From Heptranchias perlo (taxonomy: Eukaryota), in contig NC_090331.1 in NCBI RefSeq assembly GCF_035084215.1, positions 39,060,001-39,124,000 of the forward strand: a stretch of 64,000 nucleotides of DNA. Reading direction: 5' to 3'. The notes under the pieces were generated by a model. The model searched no databases. It saw only the letters and a program-made list of their open reading frames with translations, and was not told where the DNA came from. Both the position numbers and the translations under genes were made by a program. Within the stretch, counting starts at the first letter, position 1. Every line of letters begins with the position of its first letter. Shown here piece after piece: positions 49,442-60,300 of this stretch.

Positions 49442-52297
49442 GTGTTAAAAAAGGAAAAAGCAGGAACTAAGCGTCACAAAACAGATTTGAAAGTTCTTTA
49501 TCTGAATGCACGTAGCATTCGTAATAAAATGGACGAGTTAACGGCACAAATAACTACGTATGGGTATGATCTTGTGGCCATTACAGAAACATGGCTGCAG
49601 GGTGACAACGACTGGGAATTAAATATGCCAGGGTATTTAACAATCAGGAAGGACAGGCAGGAAGGAAGGGGAGGTGGGGTGGCTATGTTAATAAAGGAAG
49701 GAATCACTGTAATACAGAGAAATGATATTGGGACAAAGCATCAAGATAATGAAACAGTTTGGGTGGAGATAAGGAATAATAAGGGAAAAAAAACATTAGT
49801 GGGCGTAGTATATAGGCCTCCTAATAGTTGCAACTCTGCTGGAAGAAGTATTAATCAGGAGATAGTCGGGGCATGTAATAAGGGAACAGCCATAATTATG
49901 GGGGATTTTAATTATCATATTAACTGGACAAATCAAATTGGGCAGAGCAGCCTTGAGGACGAGTTCATTGAGTGCATCAGGGATGGATTTCTTGAGCAGT
50001 ATGTAACTGATCCTACAAGGGGGCAGGCAACCTTGGACCTGGTCCTGTGTAATGAGTCAGGATTAATTAATAATGTCCTAGTTAAGGATCCCCTTGGAAC
50101 GAGCGACCACAACATGGTTGAATTCCATATCCAATTAGAGGGTGAGAAGGTTGATTCTCAAACAAGCATACTGAGCTTGAATAAAGGAGACTATGATGGT
50201 ATGAGAGCGGAATTGATTAAAGTGGACTGGGAAAATAGATTAAAGGGTAAGACGGTACATGAGCAGTGGTGTTCATTTAGGGAGTTATTTTACAACTTTC
50301 AAAATAAATATATTCCACTGAGGAAAAAAGGGTGTAAAAGAAATGACAGCCATCCGTGGCTAAGTAAAGAAATCAAGGATAGTATCCGACTAAAAACAAG
50401 GACATATAAGGTAGCCAAACTTAGTGGGAGGATAGAAGATTGGGAATTCTTCAAAAGACAGCAAAAAGTAACTAAAGGATTGATTAAGAAAGGGAAGTTA
50501 GATTATGAAAAGAAATTAGCAAAAAATATAAAAACAGATAGCAAGAGTTTCTACAGTTATATAAAAAGAAAAAGGGTGGCTAAGGCAAACATAGGTCCCT
50601 TAGAGGATGAGACCGGGAAATTAATGGTGGGAAACATGGAGATGGCAAAAATGCTGAACAAATATTTTGTTTCAGTCTTTACAGTAGAGGACACTAAGAA
50701 TATCCCAACACTGGACAAACAGGGGACTCTCGGGGGGGAGGAGCTAAATACGATTAAAATCACTCAGGAGATGGTACTCAGTAAAATAATGGGACTCAAG
50801 GCGGATAAATCCCCTGGACCTGATGGCTTCCATCCTAGGGTCTTGAGGGAAGTGGCAGTAGGGATTGTGGATGCTTTGGTGATAGTTTTCCAAAATTCCC
50901 TGGACTCAGGAGAGGTCCCGGCAGATTGGAAAACTGCTAATGTAACACCGTTATTTAAAAAGGGTAGTAGGCAGAAGGCTGGAAATTATAGGCCAGTTAG
51001 CTTAACATCTGTGGTGGGTAAAATTTTGGAGTCTATTATTAAGGAGACAGTAACGGAACATTTAGATAAGCATAATTTAATAGGACAAAGTCAGCATGGC
51101 TTTATGAAGGGGAAGTCATGTCTGACAAATTTGCTTGAGTTCTTCGAGGATATAACGTATAGGGTGGATAAAGGGGAACCAGTGGACATAGTGTATTTAG
51201 ACTTCCAGAAGGCATTCGACAAGGTGCCACATAAAAGATTATTACTTAAGATAAAAAATCACGGGATTGGGGGTAATATTCTGGCATGGGTGGAGGATTG
51301 GTTATCGAACAGGAAGCAGAGAGTTGGGATAAATGGTTCATTTTCGGACTGGCAACCAGTAACCAGTGGTGTTCCACAGGGGTCGGTGCTGGGTCCCCAA
51401 CTCTTTACAATCTATATTAACGATTTGGAGGAGGGGACCGAGTGCAACATATCAAAATTTGCAGATGATACAAAGATGGGAGGGAAAGTAGAGAGTGAGG
51501 AGGACATAAAAAACCTGCAAGGGGATATAGACAGGCTGGGTGAGTGGGCGGAGATTTGGCAGATGCAATATAATATTGGAAAATGTGAGGTTATGCACTT
51601 TGGCAGGAAAAATCAGAGAGCAAGTTATTTTCTTAATGGCGAGAGACTGGAAAGTACTGCAGTACAAAGGGATCTGGGGGTCCTAGTGCAAGAAAATCAA
51701 AAAGTTGGTATGCAGGTGCAGCAGGTGATCAAGAAAGCCAACGGAATGTTGGCTTTTATTGCTAGGGGGATAGAATATAAAAACAAGGAGGTATTGCTGC
51801 AGTTATATAAGGTATTGGTGAGACCGCACCTGGAATACTGCATACAGTTTTGGTCTCCATACTTAAGAAAAGACATACTTGCTCTCGAGGCAGTACAAAG
51901 AAGGTTCACTCGGTTAATCCCGGGGATGAGGGGGCGGACATATGAGGAGAGGTTGAGTAGATTGGGACTCTACTCATTGGAGTTCAGAAGAATGAGAGGC
52001 GATCTTATTGAAACATATAAGATTGTGAAGGGTCTTGATCGGGTGGATGCAGTAAGGATGTTCCCAAAGATGGGTGAAACTAGAACTAGGGGGCATAATC
52101 TTAGAATAAGGGGCTGCTCTTTCAAAACTGAGATGAGGAGAAACTTCTTCACTCAGAGGGTAGTAGATCTGTGGAATTTGCTGCCCCAGGAAGCTGTGGA
52201 AGCTACATCATTAGATAAATTTAAAACAGAAATAGACAGTTTCCTAGAAGTAAAGGGAATTAGGGGTTATGGGGAGCGGGCAGGAAATTGGACATGA
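49442..52297 (+). CDS. CR1 ORF2: APE endonuclease + reverse transcriptase (frame is open from 49334)
   Basis: YLNARS, ITETWL, VYRPP, MGDFN and SDH endonuclease motifs. RT motifs [27 protein letters not shown] and KFADD. Confidence 0.95.
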   Translation: MLKKEKAGTKRHKTDLKVLYLNARSIRNKMDELTAQITTYGYDLVAITETWLQGDNDWELNMPGYLTIRKDRQEGRGGGVAMLIKEGITVIQRNDIGTKHQDNETVWVEIRNNKGKKTLVGVVYRPPNSCNSAGRSINQEIVGACNKGTAIIMGDFNYHINWTNQIGQSSLEDEFIECIRDGFLEQYVTDPTRGQATLDLVLCNESGLINNVLVKDPLGTSDHNMVEFHIQLEGEKVDSQTSILSLNKGDYDGMRAELIKVDWENRLKGKTVHEQWCSFRELFYNFQNKYIPLRKKGCKRNDSHPWLSKEIKDSIRLKTRTYKVAKLSGRIEDWEFFKRQQKVTKGLIKKGKLDYEKKLAKNIKTDSKSFYSYIKRKRVAKANIGPLEDETGKLMVGNMEMAKMLNKYFVSVFTVEDTKNIPTLDKQGTLGGEELNTIKITQEMVLSKIMGLKADKSPGPDGFHPRVLREVAVGIVDALVIVFQNSLDSGEVPADWKTANVTPLFKKGSRQKAGNYRPVSLTSVVGKILESIIKETVTEHLDKHNLIGQSQHGFMKGKSCLTNLLEFFEDITYRVDKGEPVDIVYLDFQKAFDKVPHKRLLLKIKNHGIGGNILAWVEDWLSNRKQRVGINGSFSDWQPVTSGVPQGSVLGPQLFTIYINDLEEGTECNISKFADDTKMGGKVESEEDIKNLQGDIDRLGEWAEIWQMQYNIGKCEVMHFGRKNQRASYFLNGERLESTAVQRDLGVLVQENQKVGMQVQQVIKKANGMLAFIARGIEYKNKEVLLQLYKVLVRPHLEYCIQFWSPYLRKDILALEAVQRRFTRLIPGMRGRTYEERLSRLGLYSLEFRRMRGDLIETYKIVKGLDRVDAVRMFPKMGETRTRGHNLRIRGCSFKTEMRRNFFTQRVVDLWNLLPQEAVEATSLDKFKTEIDSFLEVKGIRGYGERAGNWT

Positions 52298-52489
52298 AGC
52301 TGAGTTCGGATCGGTCAATGCCCTGTGGGTGGCGGAGAGGGCCCAGGGGCTATGTGGCCGGGTCCTGCTCCGACTTCTTGTGTTCTTTAGATTTGTGGTT
52401 GGGATCAGATCAGCCATGATCTTATTGAATGGCGGAGCAGGCTCGAGGGGCCGATTGGCCTACTCCTGCTCCAATTTCTTATGTTCTTA

Positions 52490-52900
52490 ACAACAACAAC
52501 GTGCATTTATATAGCACCTTTAACATAGTAAAATGTCCCAAGGTGCTTCACAGGAGCATAATCAGACAAAAAAAAATTGACACCGAGCCAAAGAAGGAGA
52601 CATTAGGGCAGGTGACCAAAAGCTTGATCAAATAGGTAGGTTTTAAGAAGCATCTTAAAAGAGGAGAGAGAGCAGTTGAGAGACAGAGAGGTTTAGGGAG
52701 GAAATTCAAGAGCTTAGGGCCTAGACAGCTGAAGGCATGGCTGCCAATGGTGGGGCAAAGGAAGTTGGGGATGCACAAGAGGCCAGAATTGGAGGAATGC
52801 AGAGTTCTCAGAGGGATGTAGGGCTAGAGGAGGTTACAGAGCTATGGAGGGGCGAGGCCATTGAGGGATAAGAATTTTAAATTTGAGGTGTTGGTACACT
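52490..52900 (-). mobile_element. L2-clade 3' fragment whose (CAA)n tail was split by the young CR1
   Basis: caacaacaacgtgcatttatatagcacc is the reverse complement of the L2 tail seen at 20310-20344. More (caa)n lies at 48826-48855. Confidence 0.85.
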
Positions 52901-53924
52901 AGGAGCAATAAATCTAAGTTTATTTCTCCCCTGGTTGGCTTTTTTACAAACTGAGTCATAAAACAATCTTTTATTAACACTAGAAATCCCTTCCCTACCT
53001 TACCAGTAGAAACATAATTGTCACAGCCAATTTCAGGTAAGTTAAAATCTCCAATTACAACAGTTGGTCCCTTACTATTCGCCTTTCTTATCTCATCCCA
53101 CAGTTCCTTATCAAGGCTGCCACCCTGCTCCTGGGGTTCTGTAGCATAATAGTTTACCTCTGTTACCGTCTATTAATTCTACCCAAAGTGATTTGGTGTC
53201 TGCCCTTTCCTTTTTTATATCCTCTCTCACTTGTGCTTCAATACTGCAGTATATATATAATATATATATATACTGCCACATCACCCCCTTTCCTCCCAAT
53301 ACGAGTTAGGGTTAAAGGGCACTGATTGCCAAAAGATCAGGTGACAGAGGAAGAGGAAGGTTAGGGGTGCAGAGTGCTTGATGGTGAATGCAAAAAATGT
53401 TATGAGATGCAAGTGTGAAGAGGTTAGAGTGGTGATGACGGAGAAAATGGTATGGGTAAAGGTATGAAGTAAATTGGAAAAAAAACTCACCGTTGTCACA
53501 AGATAAACAATTAGTGGGAGAGGTATGACAGTTTTGGGAGAGGGGTGCCAGGATGTGGGAGAAAAGGGTGTGGATTTGTGGGATTCAGCAGTAACGCAGG
53601 TTGTTTTGTGTAGTGGTAGTACTGGGGATGAGGTTGTGGAATATGGTCGTATTGAGGACCTGGGGTGTGGGAGTATGAGCTGGGCCTCAGGGTTAGACGT
53701 GGGATGGGAGTCCCTAGGTGTAGGCCAGGTGGGAGGGGAGGTCCTAGCATTAGAGCAATGGCAAAGGTTATTGGGGTAAGGGAGCAATGGAAAACCAAGG
53801 TGTCGTGGGACTAGTAATAGGATGTCTTAGTCTGGGAGCAAAAGGTGACGAGGTGTCTTGGAATGTGTCAAGATGCTTGCTCTGAGTAGGAACTCAGCTT
53901 TAAAGTTTCTTAAGTGTTGAAAAC

Positions 53925-55280
53925 AAAAAATAAAGGGGAGAGCTGAAAAAGGAAATAAGAGGGGTAAAGAGAGTGTATGAGAATAAATTAGTGGGTAATA
54001 TGAAAGGGAATCCAAAAGTCTTTTATAAACATACAAATAGTAAAAGAGTAGTCAAAGGAAGGGTGGGGCCGGTTAGGGACCAAGAAGGTTTTCTTATGGA
54101 GGCAGAGGGCATAGCTGAGGTATCAAACAATTACTTTGCATCTGTCTTCACTGAAGAAGAGGATGCTGCCACTATCACAGTAAAGGAGGAGGTAGTAGAG
54201 TAATTGGATATAATAAGAATAGATAAAGAGGATGTACTTAAAAGATTGGCAGCGCTCAAAGTAGAAAAGTCATCCAATCCGGTTGGGATACATCCTAGGT
54301 TGCTGAGGGAAGTAAGGGTGCAAATTGAGGAGGCTCTGGCCGTGGGTATAGAGGGTAAAATTTCAAAGTTTGCAGATAACACAAAATTCGAAAATATAGT
54401 AAACAGTGAGGAGGATAGTAACAGACTTCAGGAGGACATAGACTGACTGGTAAAATAGGCAAACACATGGCAGATGAAATTTAACGGCTGAGAAGTGGGA
54501 AGTGATACATTTTGGAAGGAAGAAGATAGAGAAGGAATATAAACTAAATGATACAATTTTAAAGCGGGTGCAGGAACAGAGAGACCTGGGGATGCACATA
54601 CACAAATCTTTGAAGGTGTCAGGACAAATTGAGAAGGCTGTTAAAAATGCATAGGGGATCCTGGGCTTTATGAATAGAGTCATAGAGTACAAAAGCAAGG
54701 AAGTTATGCTAAACCTTTATAAAACACTGGTTAGGCCTCAAGTGGAGAACTGTGTTCAATTCTGAGCACCACACTTTAGGAAGGATGTCAAGGCCTTAGA
54801 GAGGGTGCAGAAGAGATTTGGCGGGATGGTGCCAGGGATGAGAGACTTCAGTCATGTGGAGAAGCTGGGGTTGATCTCCTTAGAGCAGAGAAGGTTAAGA
54901 GGAGATTTGATAGAGGTGTTCAAAATCATGAAGGGTTTTGATAGAGTAAATAAGGAGAAGCTGTTTCCAGTGTCAGAAGGGTCAGTAACCAAAAGACACA
55001 GATTTAAGATAATTGGCAAAAGAACCAGAGACGACATGAGGAAAAAAAAATTATGCAGTGAGTTATAATGATCTGAAATGCACTGCGTGAAAGGGTGGTG
55101 GATGCAGATTCAATAATTATCTTCAAAAGGGGACTGGATAAATACTTGAAGGGGAAAAAATTGCAGGGCGATGGGGAAAGAGCAGGGGAGTGGGACAAAT
55201 TGGATAGCTCTTTCAAAGAGCCGGTACAGGCGCGATGGGCCGAATGGCCTCCTTCTGTGCTGTATCATTCTATGATTCTA
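53925..55280 (+). mobile_element. CR1 fragment with internal deletion (ATTCTATG-tail family)
   Basis: NPKVFYK...GIHPRLLRE joined directly to KISKFADN. Tail attctatgattcta. Confidence 0.88.
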
Positions 55281-55793
55281 AGTTTTCTCAGCACAGTGTG
55301 AACCAATGCAGGCACGAAGATGAAAATGGCAAAATGCAATCAGCCTCACCTGTACTGGTGCTGTCAACACACTGTCACATGGCTTGGAAACACAAATTAG
55401 AAAGACTCACATGTAGCACCAGAGCTTGGAGATTGGAGTTGGAGGAATCAAGGAAAAGTAATCAAATGAATCTGTAAATTCTCATGTGACAGAAAAGCAT
55501 GAGGTAAAATAGCATGATGGAAATAGAGTGGCCGGAAGTGTGTAATAGAAATAGGCATGACAGCTACAGGAAATAAGAGTTACACTTACAGGAATAATGT
55601 GCATATGCAAGAATATATATTTTTTTCCACTCAGCATGCTTAAACAGTAACTCTGAATGAAAGCCTTTCCAGGTTAATTTTTACTCTGATGAGTTTCTTT
55701 CAATATATTCATATTCTCTATTCTCTTCACCCATGATGTGGAGATGCCGGTGATGGACTGGGGTTGACAATTGTAAACAATTTTACAACACCA

Positions 55794-57008
55794 AAGAACT
55801 TTACCCAAACACACGGAACAGCCATAGGGACCAAATTCGCACCCCAATACGCCAACATTTTCATGCACAAGTTCGAGCAGGACTTCTTCACTGCACAGGA
55901 CCTCCAACCAACACTATACACCAGATACATCGACGACATTTTCTTTCTATGGACCCACGGTGAGGAATCACTGAAGAGACTACACGATAACATCAACAAG
56001 TTCCATCCCACCATCAAGCTCACCATGGACTACTCCTCAGGATCGGTTTCTTTCTTGGACACACGAATCTCCATCAAAGACGGGCACCTCAGCACCTCAC
56101 TCTACCGCAAGCCCACGGACAATCTCACAATGCTCCACTTTTCCAGCTTCCACCCTAACCACGTCAAAGAGGCCATCCCCTATGGACAGGCCCTGCGAAT
56201 ACACAGGGTCTGCTCAGACGAGGAGGAACGCGATGGACACCTACAGACGCTGAAAGACGCCCTAGTAAGAACGGGATATGATGCTCGACTCATCGATCGA
56301 CAGTTCCGACGGGCCACAGCGAAAAATCGCGTAGACCTCCTCAGAAGACTAACACGGGACGCAACCAACAGAGTACCCTTCGTCGTCCAGTACTTCCCCG
56401 GAGCGGAGAAACTACGCCATGTTCTCCGCAGCCTTCAACATGTCATCAATGATGACGAACACCTCGCTATGGCCATCCCCACACCTCCACTACTCGCCTT
56501 TAAACAGCCACCCAACCTCAAACAAACCATCGTTCGCAGCAAATTACCCAGCCTTCAGGAGAACAGCGTCCACGACACCACACAACCCTGCCACGGTAAC
56601 CTCTGCAAGACATGCCAGATCATCGACACAGATACCACCATCACACGAGAGGACACCACCCACCAGGTGCACGGTTCATACTCCTGTGACTCGGCCAACG
56701 TTGTCTACCTCATACGTTGCAGGAAAGGATGCCCCAGAGCATGGTACATTGGCGAGACCATGCAGACGCTGCGACAACGGATGAACGGACACCGCGCAAC
56801 AATCGCCAAACAGGAGGGTTCTCTCCCTGTCGGGGAACACTTCAGCAGTCATGGACATTCAGCCACCGACCTTCCGGTAAGCATACTCCAAGGCGGCCTT
56901 CGAGACACACGACAACGCAAAATCGTCGAGCAGAAACTGATAGCCAAGTTCCGCACCCATGAGGACGGCCTCAACCTGGATCTTGGGTTCATGTCACACT
57001 ACACGTAA
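55794..57008 (+). CDS. Penelope-like RT (partial) + Cys-rich linker + GIY-YIG endonuclease
   Basis: QTHGTAIGT, RYIDDIF, FLD, YRKPT, PCHGNLCKTC, VVYLIRC...WYIGET...RMNGH and GLN. No internal stop. Confidence 0.92.
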   Translation, partial: KNFTQTHGTAIGTKFAPQYANIFMHKFEQDFFTAQDLQPTLYTRYIDDIFFLWTHGEESLKRLHDNINKFHPTIKLTMDYSSGSVSFLDTRISIKDGHLSTSLYRKPTDNLTMLHFSSFHPNHVKEAIPYGQALRIHRVCSDEEERDGHLQTLKDALVRTGYDARLIDRQFRRATAKNRVDLLRRLTRDATNRVPFVVQYFPGAEKLRHVLRSLQHVINDDEHLAMAIPTPPLLAFKQPPNLKQTIVRSKLPSLQENSVHDTTQPCHGNLCKTCQIIDTDTTITREDTTHQVHGSYSCDSANVVYLIRCRKGCPRAWYIGETMQTLRQRMNGHRATIAKQEGSLPVGEHFSSHGHSATDLPVSILQGGLRDTRQRKIVEQKLIAKFRTHEDGLNLDLGFMSHYT

Positions 57009-57228
57009 CCCCACCAGCGAACAAATGTTATCTGTTTTTAATATAACGGGTCATTGACTGTCTTCCTTATCTCTCTCTCTCTTTTTTTGGGGGGTTTGTA
57101 TATTCGGTGGCCTTTTTAGGTGACACCTTTCTGTCTGCTCACTGTGATTGCCTTGGCAACGGGCAGTAATCACCAGGCATTGTTATGTGATCTTAAAATG
57201 CGAAGGATTCGAAAATGTCATTTCCACA

Positions 57229-57265
57229 CCGCCTGAGGAAGGGGAAAGCCCCCGAAAGCTTGTGG
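57229..57265 (+). ncRNA. Minimal type I hammerhead ribozyme in the Penelope 3' repeat
   Basis: CCGC CTGAGGA A GGGG aaagc CCCC GAAA GCTT GTGG, followed by AATAAA. Confidence 0.82.
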
Positions 57266-57332
57266 GATTAAAAATAAAATTGCTGGACTATAACTTGGTG
57301 TTGTAAAATTGTTTACAACTCTTCACCCATGT

Positions 57333-60300
57333 CATAGGAACATAGGAACAGGATTAGGCTATTTAGCTCCTCGAACCTGTTTTGCCATTCAATGAGATCA
57401 TGGCTGATCTGTGACCTAACTCCATATACCCACCTTAGCCCCATATCCCTTAGTACCTTTGGTTAACAAAAATCTATCATTTGATAAGGTGCCACATTAA
57501 AGGTTGTTACGCAAGATAAGGGCTCATGGGGCTGGGGATAACATACTAGCATGGAGAGAGGATTGGTTAACAGACAGAAAACAGAGAGTAGGGATAAACG
57601 GATCATTTTCAGGGTGGCAGGCTGTAACTCATGGGGTACTGCAAGGATTGGTGCTTGGGCCTCAGCTATTTACAATCTATATCAATGATTTGGATGAAGG
57701 GACCGAGTGTAATGTATCCAATTTTTCCGATGATACAAAGCTAGATGAGAAATTAAGCTGAGAGGAGGACACAAAGGGTCGGTAAAGGGATATAGACAGG
57801 TTAAGTGAGTGGGCAAGAAGGTGACAGATGGGGTATAATTTGAGGAAATGTGAGGAAGAATAGAAAAACAGAGTATTTTTTAAATGGTGAGAAACTATTA
57901 AATGTTAGTGTCCAGAGAGACTTGGGTGTCCTGCTACAAGAAACACAAAAAGTTAGCATGCAGGTACAGCAGGCAATTAGGAAAGCAAATGGCATGTTGG
58001 CCTTTATTGCAAGGGGGTTGGAGTACAAGAATAAGGACGTCTTACTACAATTGTGCAGGGCTTTGGTGAGACCTCACCTGGAGTACTTCATATAGTTTTG
58101 GTCTCCTTATCTAAGGAAGGATATACTTGTCTTAGAGGCGGTGCAACGGAGGTTCACTAGATTAATTCCTGGGATGAGAGGGTTGTCCTATGAGGAAAGG
58201 TTGTGTAGAATGAACCTATAATCTCTGGGATTTAGAAGAATGAGAGGTGATCTCATTGAAACATATAAGATTCTGAGGGGGCTTGACAGGGTAGATGCTG
58301 AGAGGTTGTTTCCCCTGGCTGGAGTGTCTAGAACTAGGGGGCATAGTCGCAGGATAAGGGGCGGCCATTTAAGATTGAGATGAGGAGGAATTTCTTCACT
58401 CAGAGGGTTGTGAATCTTTGGGATTCTCTACCCCAGAGGGCTGTGGATGCTGAGTTGTTGAGTATATTCAAGGCTGAGATTTTTGCACCCTAGGGGAATG
58501 AAGGGGTATGGGGATCGGGCTGGAAAGTGGAGTTGTGGTTGAAGATCAGCCATGATTTGATTGAATGGCGGAGCAGGCTTGAGGCCTACTCCCGCTCCTA
58601 TTTCTTACGTTCTGATCTCAGATTTAAAATTAACAATTGAGCTAGTATTAACTGCTGTTAGCAGAAGAGAGTTCCAAACTTCTACCACCCTTTGCAAGTC
58701 GAAGTGTTTCCTAACTACACTCCTGAAAGTCTTGGCTCTAATTTTTACACTATGTCTCCTAGTCCTAGACTCCCCAACCAGCAGAAATAGTGTCTCTCTA
58801 TCTACCCTATCAGTTCCCCTAAATATCTTGAAAACTTCGCTCAAATCACCCCTTAATCTTCTAAATTCCAGGGAATACAACCCTTGTTTATGTAATCTCT
58901 CCTCGTAATTTAACCCTTGGAGTCCAGGTATTATTCTAGTAAATCTACGCTGCACTCCCTCCAAGGCCAATATATCCTTCCTAATTTGCGGTGCCTAGAA
59001 CTGAACACAGTACTCCAGGTGAGGTCTAACCAGGGCTTTGTATAGCTGTAGCATAACTTCTATCCCCTTGTATTCTAGTCTTCTAGATATAAAGGCCAGC
59101 ATTCTATTAGCCTTTTTGATTATTTTCTGTACCTGTCCATGACATTTTAATGATCTACATACATGGACACGTAAGCCTCTTTGGACCTCCACTGTTTTGA
59201 CCATTTAGAAAGTACACTGATCTATTCTTTTTAGGTCCAAAGTGGATGACCTCACACTTGCCTACACTGACATCCATTTGCCACAGTTTTGCCCATTCAC
59301 TTAATCTATTAATATATATCTGTAATTTTATGCTTCCATCTACACTGCTTATGATGTTGCCTATCTTTGTGTCATCGGCAAATTTGGATATGTGGCTCTC
59401 TATCCTGTCATCTAAGTCGTTAACAAATATAGTGAATAATTGTGGCCCCAACACAGATTCCTGTGGGACACCACCAGTGACATCCTGCCAACTTGAGCAC
59501 TTGCCCATTATCCCTACTCTCTGTCTCCTGCTGCACAGCCAATTTCCTAATCAAGTCAATAATTTGCCCTCCATTCCATGAGCTGCAACTTTAGCTAACA
59601 GTCTCTTATGAGGGACTTTATCAAATGCCTTCTGGAAGTCCATATGAATAACATCCATAGACATTCCCCTGTCCACTACTTTAGTCACCTCTTCAAAAAA
59701 TTCATTCAGGTTCATCAGACATGACCTACCCATTACTAATCCATGTTGGCTCTCTCTGATCAGCTGAAATTTTTCAAGGTGTTAATTATAGACTCTAGTA
59801 ATTTCCCAACAACAGATGTTAGGCTAACTGGTCTTTAATTCCCTAGTTTCCCTCTCTCTCCTTTCTTAAACAGCAGAGTGATATTTGCAATTTTCCAATC
59901 TAAAGGAACGGTTTCTGAATCGAGAGAACTTTGGAAGATTATAGTTAGGCTTGTGCAGTGTTCTCATCTACTTCCTTTAAAACTCTGGGATGAAAACCAT
60001 CTGGTCCTGGGGATTTGTCACTCTTTATTGTCATTATTTTCTTCATTAATTTCTTAATTTGCTTATGTTAATTATGGTGAGTTCCCGTTCCTGATTCAAA
60101 ATTAGTTTTCTTGGGGCGTCTGGCATGCTATCCTCTTCCTCCACTGTAAATATTGACGCAAAGTAACTATTTAACATGTCCGCCATTTCCTTATTTTCAT
60201 TTACAATATCACAATTATCAGTTTTTAAGGGGCCCACATTGCTCTTGATCACCCTCTTCTTCCTAATATAATAGTAAAATTCTTTTGTGTTGATTTTGAT

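Larger units (their letters stand above)
48855..52489 (+). mobile_element. Young 5'-truncated CR1 LINE with uninterrupted ORFs
   Basis: Partial ORF1 plus full ORF2 with no stops, flanked on both sides by (CAA)n. Confidence 0.95.
55736..57318 (+). mobile_element. 5'-truncated Penelope-like retroelement (Neptune-like) with inverted tail at its 5' end
   Basis: RT + GIY-YIG ORF. 13-bp target duplication ctcttcacccatg at 55723-55735 and 57319-57331. 55770-55793 is the inverted copy of 57295-57318. Confidence 0.92.

Noticed and set aside
49498-52152. Antisense ORFs over CR1 ORF2
   Set aside because: Short shadow frames of the LINE coding sequence.
55686-55693. CTGATGAG hammerhead-like core upstream of the Penelope element
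   Set aside because: No stem II or GAAA follows.
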